Source of the DNA: an uncultured delta proteobacterium | GTDB taxonomy: Bacteria; Desulfobacterota; Syntrophorhabdia; Syntrophorhabdales; WCHB1-27 | Length of the DNA: 64,000 nucleotides | NCBI GenBank assembly: GCA_963810935.1 | Contig: CAWEPK010000015.1 | Span: 1 to 64,000, forward strand | Direction: 5' to 3' | Part shown: in pieces, positions 45,938-57,254 of the stretch | Numbering within the stretch: position 1 is the stretch's first letter | Layout: the number at the start of each line of letters is the position of its first letter | Translations under genes and position numbers: made by a program | The notes under the pieces: generated by a model | The model's input: the letters and a program-made list of their open reading frames with translations, nothing else | What the model was told of the DNA's origin: nothing | Database searches by the model: none

Positions 45938-47546
45938 CTACTGGTGGTCCTTCCACATGCCGTACTTCTCGCTCAATACCCTGTGCAGGATCTTTCCGTT
46001 GCCCGTGCGCGGCATCTCCTCGTCTTTGATGAAGACGATGCTCTTGGGCACTTTAAATCCCGCGATCTTGCCTTTGCAGTGGCCGCTGATCTCTTCCGGG
46101 GTGGCCGTCTGCCCTTCGTGCAGCACGACGACAGCCATGACCGATTCGCCCCACTTCTCGTGCGGCACGCCGATGACCGCCACGTCCTTTACCTTAGGAT
46201 AGCCGCCCAGGCAGTTCTCCACTTCGGACGGGAAGATGTTCTCTCCGCCGGAGATGATCATGTTGGCCTTCCTGTCAACGAGGAACAGGTAGCCCTCCTC
46301 ATCCTTGTAGCCCATGTCGCCCGCGCTGAAATACTCGCCCTTCATCGCGGCCTCCAGCTTCTCCGGCTCCTTCCAGTAACCCGTAAGCAGCATGGGGCTC
46401 CTGTGAGTAGACCTCGCCGACTTTATTCGGCTCGGTGACGAGTTTCCCATCCTCGTCGTAGAGCTGCAGCAGGTCGGACCCTATGACCTCGCGGCCGCAC
46501 GAGCCGAGCTTCGTTAGCTGCTCCTCCGGGTGAAGGATGGTGACGCACCCCGCCTCCGTAGACCCGTAAGCCTCGTCGAGCTTCGAGTTCGGGAACATCT
46601 TGAGTATCCCGATCTTCGTGTCCCTGCGCGCAGGCGCGGAGGAAATGAGGAGCTTCTTGATCGAGTTCAGGTCGTACTTCTGCTTCACCGCGTCGGGCAG
46701 CGCGAGCATCATGATGTAGTGCGTCGGGACGAGCGAGGTGAAGGTGACCCTGTGGTCCGAGAAGGTCTTGAGCAGGTCTTCCGGGTCGAAGCTTATCATG
46801 TTGTAGCACATGACCGTGCCGCCCACCCAGGTATTCACGAACGAATAGTTCAGGGAGTTGATATGGCAGCACGGCATGACGAGGAGCGTCACGTCGTTGA
46901 AGTCGAAGCCGTGGTCGTAGATCATGATGAAGTACTGCGACACCAGGGAGCGGTGGCTCTTCATGACCCCCTTGGGCCTGCCCGTAGTGCCGCTCGTGTA
47001 CATGATGATCCAGATGTCTTCCGAATCGACTTCTGTCGCCGGCTCTTCAGGGCTCGCCGCGGCCATTGCGTCTTCGAGCGGAATGTACCCGTCATACTTC
47101 GGGTTGTCTACTGCGAAGGAGATGTACTTCTCGACCGTGGGCAGGTTCTTTCTCATCCCGTTGACCATCTCTATCCACGGGTAGTCCTTGCCGTCCCGGA
47201 GGTTTTTGCCGCCCTGGACGAGGAAGACCTTCGCTTCGCTGTGCGTTATGTTGTATTCCATCTCCGGTGCGGAAAGCCTGAACATGATAGGCACGACGAT
47301 AAAGCCGCCCTTGGCTGCTGCTGCGTAGATGTCCATCCACTCGACGCAGTTGTACCCGAGCGCCGCGAACCTGTCGCCCTTCTTCATCCCCATTCCGGCG
47401 AGCAGGTTCGCGAGTCTGCACGCCCTTTCGTTCCATTGCGCGAAGGTGTACTCCTTATAGAGGTCTTTCGCCCCTATCTTGTTCGGCCATTTACTGGCGT
47501 TCACCTTCAGCACTTCCTTCGCCGTCATCCATTTCTTCATTAGCAT
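45938..47546 (-). CDS. AMP-binding acyl-CoA synthetase (frameshift near 46402)
   Basis: YTSGTTGRPKG, YGSTE, GD, DRK..MIISGGENI.P.EVE, GKI. Confidence 0.9.
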
Positions 47547-47602
47547 GATGTCCTCCATATTTGGTCTATCTTAAACCCCTGGCCTTGTGCGCTCTATGAT
47601 CT

Positions 47603-49418
47603 TCATCCCCCAGGCTTTATGGCCCCGAACTTACATATCTGGCTGCACACCTCGCAGCCGACACATTGTCCCTTGTTGATGAATACGGTCCCCTTCCTCT
47701 TGCGTCCGTCCTCCGTCGTGCCCGCCGCATCAAGCCAGCTTATGGCCGGGCAGCCGATCTCGAGGCACGCCTTGCAGCCCCTGCACACGCTTGCGTCTAT
47801 CGTCAGGTACGGGTTTTTGAACCTCTCAAGCGGCTTCGCCCTGCGCAGCAGCATGCAAGGGCTGTTCTCCGTGATGATGACGGAAGCGGCGTCCCTCTCG
47901 ACTTCTTCCTTGACGACCTTCGTCGTCTCCGCAAGGTTGTAAGGGTCCACTTTCCTTATGTGCTTGATCCCGACCGCTTTTACCAGCTCCGCGTAATCGA
48001 TCGCGTTGGCCGCCTCGTTCTTTATGGTGTAGCCCGTGCCGGGCGTCTCCTGGTGGCCCGTCATGGCGGTGATGCCGTTATCGACTATGATCGTTGTAGC
48101 ATATCCTTTGTTGTATGCAGTGTCCATAAGGGGCGTCACGCCGCTGTGGAGGAAGGTCGAGTCCCCGAGCACCGCGCAGACCTTGCCGAGCCCTTCCTTG
48201 CCCAGAACCTTACCCGCGCCGTACGCCCCTCCCACACCCGCGCCCATACAGGTAGAGGCGTGCATGGCTGAAAGCGGGGGCGCTACCGCCAGCGCGTAGC
48301 AGCCGATGTCGCCGAAGACGAAAAGCCCGAGCTTCTTCAGTGCGTAGAAAAGCGGCCTGTGGGAGCAGCCGGCGCAGAGGTTGGGCGGCCTCTTCGGCAG
48401 CTCTTCGGGATTGACGCGCACCGCGGGCGCCTTGTACGCCTTGCCGGTTACGGCCTTTGCAAGCGCCTTCTCGACGACGGCAGGGCGAAAGCTCGCTTAT
48501 CGCTGGGGATAAGGTCTTTGCCGTGCCAAACCTTATATCCCTTCGCCCTGATCTCCGTCTCCAGGAAGGGGTCAAGCTCCTCGACCACGATCACTTTTTT
48601 CACCTTCTTGAAGAACGTGTCGATCATGCCCCACGGCAGCGGCCAGACCATGCCCAGTTTCAGGAACGAATACTGCGGGAAGACGTCCTTCGTGTAGAGG
48701 TACGAGACGCCGGATGAGATGAACCCGACGGACGGGTCGTTGATCTCCATCGCATTATATTTCAGCTTCTCGGCGTACGCGGAGAGCCTGCCGATCCTCT
48801 CCTCCACGAAGACGCGGCGCACCCTGGCGAAAACGGGGACCATGACGTGGTTCGGCGTCTCGGCCTGCGAGAGGCCTTTGGGGATTGACGATTCCTTCCT
48901 TTCTCCGAGCTTCACGAGGGAATCGCAGTGGGAGACCCTCGTCTCGCCGCGCAGAAGGACGGGGGCGTCGAACCGCTCGCTGATATCGAAGGCGATCTTC
49001 GTGAAGTCCTTACACTCCTGCGCGTCCCCCGGCTCCAGCATGGGGACCTTGCCGAAGCGCGTCCAGTGCCTGGAGTCCTGCTCGTTCTGGGAGCTGTGCT
49101 GGCCGGGGTCGTCGGCGACGACGATCACGAGGCCGCCCTTTACGCCGGTATATGAGATGGTCATCAGCGGGTCGGAGGCGACATTAAGCCCCACGTGCTT
49201 CATGCAGGCCATCGCCCTTCCCCCGGCAAGGGAGGCGCCGTGCACCACCTCTACGGCCACCTTTTCGTTGGGCGACCACTCCGTATAGATCTCGGGGTAT
49301 CCGGCAAGCTCCGCCATGATCTCGCTGCTCGGCGTACCGGGGTATGCCGCCCCTACGGTCACCCCTGCCTCCCAGGCGCCCCGCGCTATCGCCTCATTGC
49401 CCTGCATAATTTTTTCAT
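47603..49418 (-). CDS. iorA: indolepyruvate/arylpyruvate:ferredoxin oxidoreductase alpha subunit (frameshifts near 49410 and 48485-48508)
   Basis: GNEAIARG, YPGTPS, NEKVA, KHVGLNVA, SSQNEQD, CAGCSHR, GDIGCY, GDSTF, two C-terminal ferredoxin motifs. Confidence 0.9.
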
Positions 49419-49750
49419 CGTGCCTCCTGGTTGTTGCCTCTATCTCTCGCCAGCCCGGCTATTCCTGTTTGCCGGGCGCCGCCCGCGAATGCCGGCTGCC
49501 GGCATCCGGTCCCCATATGCGTCTTCCCTTTTTTTCTTTCGATGCGCCTCCCGGTCAGCGTCTCCCACAAGAGGCGTGAAACATTATTTCGAAATGACGC
49601 CGGTCTTGTCAAGGACAAAAAACGGCAAAAACGCGCACCGGGAGACCCCCTTATAAAAAATATCTTGACAGGACGAGGAAAATTGGGTAAACGTTTAATT
49701 AACAAACTAAACGGTCAGTCAAGTTTTTGTGGCCTTCCGGAAGAGGGACC

Positions 49751-50425
49751 TTGAAAAATAATTTTAAGCTCATGAAGGACAACATAGTGAAGGAAAGCGC
49801 CGGTCTCTTCCTCCATAACGGCTTCCAGGGTACGACCATCAAGGACATCACGGACGCGGTGGACCTGACGAAGGGAGCTTTCTACTGGTACTTCAAGAGC
49901 AAGGACGAGCTTTTGGAGGCGATCCTGGAGGAATGGGAAAAAACGTTCCTCGACGGGCTGATCGCCGGCAACCAGAAGGTTCAGGGCGATTTCTTCCTGA
50001 AATTCAGGGAATACCATAAGTATTCGACGGAATACGCGGTGCTTTACCGCGACCTGGCCATGGTCTGGACCCTGCTGGCCGCGGAGCTGACGCGCAGCGG
50101 CCTCAAGGCGGAGAAGACGTTCCGGAGGATCCTCGACCGGTATACGAGTTTCGTCCAGGCCCTTATCGAGCAGGGTAAGGCGGAGCGCGCGGTGAAGACG
50201 GACCTCGACACGCGCGTCCTCGCCAATACGATAATCGCCATCCACAACGGCGTCCTACTGCAATGGTACATGAGGCAGGACGACATCGACGGGCCTCAAC
50301 TCGCAAGGACCTTCAGGAGCGTCCTCCTGACAGGCATAACCGCGGGCGCGCCCAAGGCGAATGGGGGGAAGGTAAACACGCAGGCCGGGGGCGGCAGGCG
50401 TAGAAAAACCACAAAAGGGGAGTAA
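49751..50425 (+). CDS. TetR/AcrR family regulator (start may be 49772)
   Basis: GFQGTTIKDI...KGAFYWYFKSKDEL HTH; upstream ACTAAACGGTCAGT operator-like site. Confidence 0.9.
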   Translation: MKNNFKLMKDNIVKESAGLFLHNGFQGTTIKDITDAVDLTKGAFYWYFKSKDELLEAILEEWEKTFLDGLIAGNQKVQGDFFLKFREYHKYSTEYAVLYRDLAMVWTLLAAELTRSGLKAEKTFRRILDRYTSFVQALIEQGKAERAVKTDLDTRVLANTIIAIHNGVLLQWYMRQDDIDGPQLARTFRSVLLTGITAGAPKANGGKVNTQAGGGRRRKTTKGE

Positions 50426-50426
50426 C

Positions 50427-51599
50427 ATGAGTGACGTGGTAATCGTAGAAGCTACACGATCACCGATAGGGACGTTCGGCGGCGCCCTGCGGGACGTAAC
50501 GGCAATCCAGCTCTCTCAGTTCATCATCGAGTCCATCGTCAAGCGCTCCGGATTGGAAAAGAATCTTATCGACCAGGTCATCATGGGCAACTGCTTCGAG
50601 CCCATCGACCATAACGTCGCCAGGATAGGCCTCGTAAAAGCGGGGCTTCCCCTCGAGACTACGGCGTTCCATATCGTGGCCACCTGCGGCTCGGGGATGC
50701 AGGCCATAATCTCCGGCCTCCAGAGCATCAACGACGGCAACGCGGAATGCGTGATCTCCGGCGGCATCGAAAGCATGAGTACTGCGCCCTACCTGCTACA
50801 GACTGCGCGGTGGGGTTACCGGCTCCAGCACCATCAGGCGGTAGACATGATCTGGAAGTCGATGCAGGAGCATCCCATCGGCGGGGGGATGGGCCTGACG
50901 GCCGAAAGGCTGGCCGAGCAGCACTCGATCTCCAGGGAGGAGCAGGACGCCTTCGCGCTGCGGAGCCAGCAGAACGCCGGCAGGGCGATCAGGGAGGGGC
51001 GCTTCAGGGACGAGATCACGCCCTATCCCCTTCCCCAGCGTAAAGGCGACCCGAAGATGTTCGACACGGACGAGTATCCGAAGCCGGACATGACGATGGA
51101 GAAGCTGGCCGCCCTTCCAGCCGCTTTCAAGGAAGGCGGGACCGTTACGGCGGGAAACGCATGCGGCATCAACGACGCGGCGGCTGCCGTCATCATCATG
51201 TCTGAAAAACGCGCCAAGGAGCTGGGGAAGAAGCCTCTTGCGCGCATCGCGGGATACGCAGTGGCGGGCGTAGACCCGGAAATCATGGGCATAGGGCCCG
51301 TGCCTGCGACAAAGAAGGCCCTCACACGTGCGGGTTTCAGCCTGGGCGACATCCAGCTTATCGAGATAAACGAGGCCTTCGCGGCCCAGTACCTCGCATG
51401 CGAGAAGCTGATAGGCTGGGACAGGCAGATAGTAAACGTCAACGGCAGCGGCATATCCCTGGGACACCCCGTTGGGTGCACGGGCGCAAGGCTGGTAGTT
51501 ACGCTGCTTCATGAGATGATGAAAAGGGACCTGCATCGCGGGCTGGCTACGCTCTGCGCGGGCGGCGGCCAGGGCTTCGCGGTGGTCCTGGAGAGATAG
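50427..51599 (+). CDS. acetyl-CoA C-acyltransferase (thiolase)
   Basis: CGSG, NEAF, GHP, CAGGG catalytic motifs. Confidence 0.95.
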   Translation: MSDVVIVEATRSPIGTFGGALRDVTAIQLSQFIIESIVKRSGLEKNLIDQVIMGNCFEPIDHNVARIGLVKAGLPLETTAFHIVATCGSGMQAIISGLQSINDGNAECVISGGIESMSTAPYLLQTARWGYRLQHHQAVDMIWKSMQEHPIGGGMGLTAERLAEQHSISREEQDAFALRSQQNAGRAIREGRFRDEITPYPLPQRKGDPKMFDTDEYPKPDMTMEKLAALPAAFKEGGTVTAGNACGINDAAAAVIIMSEKRAKELGKKPLARIAGYAVAGVDPEIMGIGPVPATKKALTRAGFSLGDIQLIEINEAFAAQYLACEKLIGWDRQIVNVNGSGISLGHPVGCTGARLVVTLLHEMMKRDLHRGLATLCAGGGQGFAVVLER

Positions 51600-51694
51600 A
51601 GAAAATAACTGCCTGCGCGCGGGGGCGCGCGCCGGTGGGGGCCTGAAAGCAACGGGCCCGTTTTACGTTTACTTGTCCAGGGGGATGGGGGGGT

Positions 51695-53297
51695 ATGGAT
51701 ACGCTTGCCATTAACTCGGGTTGGGAGTTATCGGAGGAGGAGCGTCCCGGCTTCAAGGGCCGTATCATGCGGCACAGGCCGGCCAGCGTTGTGGAGCCTG
51801 CTGGAGAATACAGTCGGGCAGTTCCCGGAGCGCGTCGGGTTCATTGCCGACGACCGGCGCATGACTTACGCCGCGTTCGACGAGGCGGTAAACCGGGTGG
51901 CGTCCGGCTTGGAGGCCGCGGGCATAGGCCGGGGCGACCACGTGGCCGTCCTTCTCGGCACGCAACTCGAATTCCCCATCACATTTTTTGCGGTCATGAA
52001 GCTCGGCGCGGTAATCGTGCCCCTGAACACCAGGTTTAAGGGCGAGGAGCTGGCGTACGAGATCAACGATTCCGAGAGCAAGCTCCTCATCGTCGATGAG
52101 AATTACTGGCAGTACGTCGAGCCCGTAACGGGGCAGTTAGAGACGGTCAAAGCGATCTTCTTCAACGGGTCCGCGCCGCCAAAGGGCGCCCTGCCCTTTT
52201 CGCAACTTGCACAGCACGCGGGGACCGCTTTCCGGCGCGCCTCGCTGACGGAAGACGACATAGCCGGCATCATGTACACTTCCGGCACCACGGGCAAGCC
52301 GAAAGGCGCCATCCTGCACCAGCGGGGCCTCGTAGTCACCGCGATGCTCGTGGCCGATTTCATCCAGTACCGGCCTGATGACAAGATGATATGCTCCATA
52401 CCGCTTTTCCATATCACGGGTATGTCGAGCGTAATGCTGCCCCCGATCTTCAGCGGGGCGGCGTGCGTCTATATGAAACAGTTCAAGACCAGGGATTTCC
52501 TGGACCTCGTCGCTTCCGAAAAAGTGACGCACTACATGGGCGTCGTCAACGTGGTCTGGCTCATGGTCAACCATCCCGATTTCGACCGGTACGATTTCTC
52601 TTCCTTCAGGACGGTCCTTTTCGGCGGCTCTTTTGCTACGGAAGAAATGGTCAGGGGCATTTTCGACAAGCTGCCGCACGTCCGCGTCAGCGTCGGGTAT
52701 GGTCTGACGGAAAGCTTCGCCATCGTGACGTCTACGCCGTTCGAAGACGCCCTGCGCAAGATAAACGCGGTGGGCAAGCTGCTGCCCACCATGGACGCGA
52801 GGATCGTTGACGACAACGACAAGGCCATGCCCGTAGGGGAAATCGGCGAGATCGTGCTCAAGGGGCCGAAGGTCTTCAAAGGCTATTGGAAAAAGCCGGA
52901 AGCAACGAAGGAGACCATAATCGACGGCTGGCTCCATACGGGCGACATAGGCAAGATCGACGACGAAGGGTTCATTTACATACTCGACCGGAAGAAGGAC
53001 ATGATCAACCGCGGCGGGGAAAAAATATACTGCCTCGAAGTCGAGAACGTCATATCGTGCATCCCCAAGGTGCTCGACGTCGCGGTCGTCGGCGTACCCG
53101 ACAGGATCATGGGCGAAGTGGTAAAGGCGTGCGTAGTCGTGAGGCCCGGCGAGGAGGCGACGGAGGAAGAGATCAGGCAATACTGCGCCGCAAGCCTCGC
53201 GGATTACAAGGTGCCCAAGATAGTGAGCTTTCTGGAAAGTCTTCCCAGGAACCCGGCAGGCAAGGTGAATAAAGCCGAGCTGCGCCGCAGCGTCTGA
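51695..53297 (+). CDS. AMP-binding acyl-CoA synthetase (frameshift near 51788)
   Basis: YTSGTTGKPKG, PLFH, GYGLTE, HTGD, DRKKDMINRGGE; N-terminus in the adjacent frame from ATG 51695. Confidence 0.9.
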
Positions 53298-53341
53298 AAA
53301 AAGGCGGCGAAATAACCGCTTTCAGGCGAAAAGGCAGGACC

Positions 53342-54083
53342 ATGGAGAAGAAAGTCGCCCTCGTCACCGGCTCAGCACGCGGCATAGGCCGCGCCATAGC
53401 GGTCGGCCTTGCAGCACAAGGCGCGCAGGTAGTGATCAATTACCGCACGAGGCGGGACGCAGCGGATGACGTCGCGGCAGAGATCGAAAAAGCCGGGGGC
53501 GAGTGCCTTGTCGTGGAAGGCGACGTCGCCGATGACCGCGCGGTCAACGCGCTGGTCGAACAAGTCGGCGAAAAATGGGGCGCCATCGACATCCTCGTTA
53601 ATAACGCAGCCCTCCACAGGGGCGGCAGGATCCAGACGATTTCAACAGAAGACTGGCGCCTGGTGATCGACACCGCGCTCGGGGGTGCGTTCAACTGCTG
53701 CCGGCAGGTCGTCCCCATGATGGTGAGTAAGGGATGGGGCAGGATAATCAACCTGTCGTCGTATGTGGCGCTCCACGGCTACCCCGGCGATACGGCTTAC
53801 GGGGCGGCGAAGGCGGGCCTCCTCGGCCTTACCATGTCCCTTGCCAAAGAGGTGGCGTCGAAAGGCGTCACCGTCAACGCTGTCGTGCCGGGGTTTGTCC
53901 CTACGGATATGACGCGGGGCCTTTTCGATACGGAGGAGAAAATGGAGCGGGAGGCTGAAGAACATCCCCATGCGCCGCCCCGGCAAACCGGAGGACGTCG
54001 CGGAGATGGTCGGCTTCCTGGTGTTCAAAGCGGATTACGTGACGGGCGCGATCATACGCGTCGACGGCGGCCTTGCCATATAG
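53342..54083 (+). CDS. SDR oxidoreductase, FabG/PhaB-like (frameshift near 53955)
   Basis: TGSARGIG, NNA, YGAAK; IPMRRPGKPEDVA...YVTG..IRVDGG in the next frame. Confidence 0.9.
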
Positions 54084-54119
54084 CAGCGTAAAAGCGGAAG
54101 CAGCGGAGGGTATAAGACC

Positions 54120-55553
54120 ATGAGAGATGCCGCGCAGTACATCGAGAGCCTCAGGGACGGGCGTGAGGTCTATATCCACGGCGAGCGCGTCGAAGACGTC
54201 ACCAGGCACCCTTCCCTGCGAAAGGCCATCGATCACGGCGCCATCGATTACGAGCTCGACAAGCAGGCGGAGCTGCGGGACCTGCTGGTCATGCGCTCGC
54301 CGGAGACGGGCAACGAGATCAGGCGGTATTTCGAGCTGCCCAGGACGCCCGAAGACCTGCTGCGCAGGCAGGAGGTCATCGAGACGACGACGCAAAACGG
54401 TGCGTCCATCGTGATCTTCATGAAGGAGATCGGAACGGACGCGCTCAACGCGCTCAACATGATGTGCTACGAGATGGACAAGAAGTTCGGCACCCCCTAT
54501 TCGGAGAGGGTGGCGGAATACAGGCGCTACCTGGAAGAGAACGACCTCAGCATGGCCGGCGCGGTGACCGACGTGAAAGGCGACCGGCAGCTCCGGCCGT
54601 CCCAGCAGGAGATGCCGTACTATTACCTGAAGGTCATAGAGAGGCGCGAGGGCGGCGTAGTGGTAAGGGGATGCAAGGTGCACACGACGTCGGCGCCCAT
54701 CACGAACGAGCTGCTCGTCCTGCCGACGAGGGCCATGACGGAGGCGGACAGGGATTACTGCATCGCCTTCGGCATACCGGTCAACACCAAAGGCGTGAAA
54801 ATCATCTCCAGGCCGGAGCGGGGCGACCTCGGCGCCTTCGACTATCCTCTAAGCGGACGCCACACGACCCTCGAAGCCATGACGATATTCGACGACGTCT
54901 TCGTGCCGTCGGAGCGGATATTCATGGACGGGGAGTGGGAGTTCGCGGGTAGCCTGGCCAACTGCTTCGCTACGTGGCACCGCTTCACGGGCGTCTCGTA
55001 CAAGTATCCCTTCGCAAGGATGATGATCGGCGCGGCCGCGCTGATCGCGGATTATAACGGCGTGCCGAACGCCTCCCACATCAAGGACAGGATAACGGAC
55101 CTCGTAATCTATGCCCAGTCGATCAAGACCTTCGGGCAGGCGGCGGCCAGGGAATGCGTCATAACGGAGAACGGCGTCGCCTATCCCAACCCGCTTTTGT
55201 GCAATATCGGCAAATACCTGTTCGCGACGAACTACCATGTCTCCATGAAGGCCCTCCAGGAAGTGGCCGGCGGGCTGGCGGCGACAGGGCCTACGGAGGC
55301 CGATTGCAGGAACCCGGCGACAAAGGAGCTGATCGAGCGCTACCTGGGCGGGCGCAACGGCGCGGACGCGATCAGCAGGCTCAAGGTGATGAAGCTTATC
55401 CGCGACATGGGCGGCACGGAAGGGGCCGGCGAGTGGTGGGTAGGCACGCTCCACGGCGAGGGGTCGCTCCAGGCCCAGAGGATGTCGATCGGCCGGGAAT
55501 TCGATGTGGCCGGGTGTGTAGATTACGTGAAGCACCTGCTCGATGTGAAATAA
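54120..55553 (+). CDS. 4-hydroxybutyryl-CoA dehydratase / HpaB family flavoprotein
   Basis: YIESLRD, TDVKGDR, VVRGCKVH, FDDVFVP.ERIF, LHGEGS.QAQR. Confidence 0.88.
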   Translation: MRDAAQYIESLRDGREVYIHGERVEDVTRHPSLRKAIDHGAIDYELDKQAELRDLLVMRSPETGNEIRRYFELPRTPEDLLRRQEVIETTTQNGASIVIFMKEIGTDALNALNMMCYEMDKKFGTPYSERVAEYRRYLEENDLSMAGAVTDVKGDRQLRPSQQEMPYYYLKVIERREGGVVVRGCKVHTTSAPITNELLVLPTRAMTEADRDYCIAFGIPVNTKGVKIISRPERGDLGAFDYPLSGRHTTLEAMTIFDDVFVPSERIFMDGEWEFAGSLANCFATWHRFTGVSYKYPFARMMIGAAALIADYNGVPNASHIKDRITDLVIYAQSIKTFGQAAARECVITENGVAYPNPLLCNIGKYLFATNYHVSMKALQEVAGGLAATGPTEADCRNPATKELIERYLGGRNGADAISRLKVMKLIRDMGGTEGAGEWWVGTLHGEGSLQAQRMSIGREFDVAGCVDYVKHLLDVK

Positions 55554-55677
55554 GGCCGGGGTGCGGGGGCGCACCCGCCGGGCCCGTAATACAGGAAAAA
55601 TGGGATCGTGCACATGTTGTGCCCGCTCCGGTAAAAACTAGGGAGCAAGCAGTACTCAAGCAAAGGGGGGTATCGTT

Positions 55678-56706
55678 ATGAAGGTTTCCAGGGGTAGCTT
55701 CTTTTCCATCTGTCTGGTCGCGATCGTTGCCTGCGCTCTTGCGGCGCCCGCCTTCTCGGCGGAACAGGTTGTAAGGCTGAAATACGCAATGTTCATGCCG
55801 CCCACGCACCCGATCACGCAGTTGGCCGAACAGTGGGGTAAGGAGCTGGAGAAGAGGACGAACGGGCGCGTCAAGACCGCCTTTTTCCCGGCGGGCACGC
55901 TCGTCTCGGCAAACCAGACGTATGACGCCGTCGTGAAAGGCATCGTGGACATCGGCTGGAGCATCATGTCATATACGCCGGGCAGGATGCCGCTGTCGGA
56001 GGTCATTGTCCTTCCCCTCGGGTACAAGAGCGGCGCCCAGTCCACCCGCATGTCGAACGCATTTTACAAGAAGTTCAAGCCGCATGAGTACGACGACGTG
56101 AAGCTCTTCTACCTGCACGCCCACGGCCCCGGCTTTTTCCACACCAAGAAACCCGTGAACAAGATCGAGGACCTCAAAGGACTGCGCATAAAGAGCGACG
56201 CGAATACGTCCAAAGTCGTCACGGCAGCCGGCGCGACGCCCACGACAATGCCTATGCTCGAGACGTACGACGCCCTGAAACGGGGCCTTGCGGACGGCGT
56301 GCTCCTTCCCATGGAGACCCTCAAAGGCTGGAAATTCGGGGAGCCCTGCAAGTATTCGTATGTGAACCTCGGCAATAGTTACGCGAACGGGTTTTTCATC
56401 GCCATGAACAAAGAAAAGTGGAACTCGCTCCCGAAGGACGTCCAGCAGATCATCGACAAGCTGAACGAGGAGTGGTTCGACAAGCAGGCGAAGCTCTGGG
56501 CATGGGTCGATGAAGACGGGCTCGAGTTTGCAAAGAAGGCGGGGCAGAAGTTCGTTCACGCGGACGCAGCCGACGAGGCGAAGATGCGTGTCCGCATGCA
56601 GCCGCTTCTCGACAACTATGTAAAGAGCATGAAAGAAAAGGGCCTGCCGGGGGAGGAGGTCCTTAAGTGGTGCCAGAACTGGCTGAAGAACACATCGGCC
56701 GAATAG
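55678..56706 (+). CDS. dctP: TRAP transporter solute-binding protein
   Basis: signal peptide, DLKGLRIK, YDALKRGLADG, MNKEKWNSLP. Confidence 0.92.
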   Translation: MKVSRGSFFSICLVAIVACALAAPAFSAEQVVRLKYAMFMPPTHPITQLAEQWGKELEKRTNGRVKTAFFPAGTLVSANQTYDAVVKGIVDIGWSIMSYTPGRMPLSEVIVLPLGYKSGAQSTRMSNAFYKKFKPHEYDDVKLFYLHAHGPGFFHTKKPVNKIEDLKGLRIKSDANTSKVVTAAGATPTTMPMLETYDALKRGLADGVLLPMETLKGWKFGEPCKYSYVNLGNSYANGFFIAMNKEKWNSLPKDVQQIIDKLNEEWFDKQAKLWAWVDEDGLEFAKKAGQKFVHADAADEAKMRVRMQPLLDNYVKSMKEKGLPGEEVLKWCQNWLKNTSAE

Positions 56707-56780
56707 GCCGTCTTTGTTCAGGCCGGGCAACTTGAAAACTTATAATCAACCACGCGTTTTAGTGTGGGGAGGGGGAGTCC

Positions 56781-57254
56781 ATGCTGTCTACCCTTGAGAA
56801 AAGGACGTGCACCGTCCTTCTTCTCGTCGCGGAGTTAACACTCGCCTTCATGTTCGTCTTCACCCTCGCGGACGTTATCATGAGGGGGTTGGGTACGCCC
56901 ATGGTAGGCGACTATGAGGTCATCTCGTTCCTGGGGGCGGTCGTCATAGGCTTTTCCCTTCCCTACACCTCGTCTTTAAAGGGGCATGTCTATGTCGACT
57001 TCCTCATAGAGAAGCTCCCTCCCCGCTGGAAGGCGGCCATGGAGATATCCACCCGGATCATATCCATTGCCCTCTTCCTCTGGATAGGCTGGAACTTCGT
57101 CGTGATGAGCCTGGACCTCATCAAGTCGAAAGAGGTCACCCCGGTCTTCAGGCTGCCCTTCTACCCGATCTCTTTGGGACTCGCCCTCTGCTCTTTAGTC
57201 CAGTGCGTGACTTTTTTAGGCCAGATCGCCCGGATCGCCCGGAGGCAGGCATGA
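56781..57254 (+). CDS. dctQ: TRAP transporter small permease
   Basis: 4 TMs, DVIMR, GHVYVD. Confidence 0.88.
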   Translation: MLSTLEKRTCTVLLLVAELTLAFMFVFTLADVIMRGLGTPMVGDYEVISFLGAVVIGFSLPYTSSLKGHVYVDFLIEKLPPRWKAAMEISTRIISIALFLWIGWNFVVMSLDLIKSKEVTPVFRLPFYPISLGLALCSLVQCVTFLGQIARIARRQA

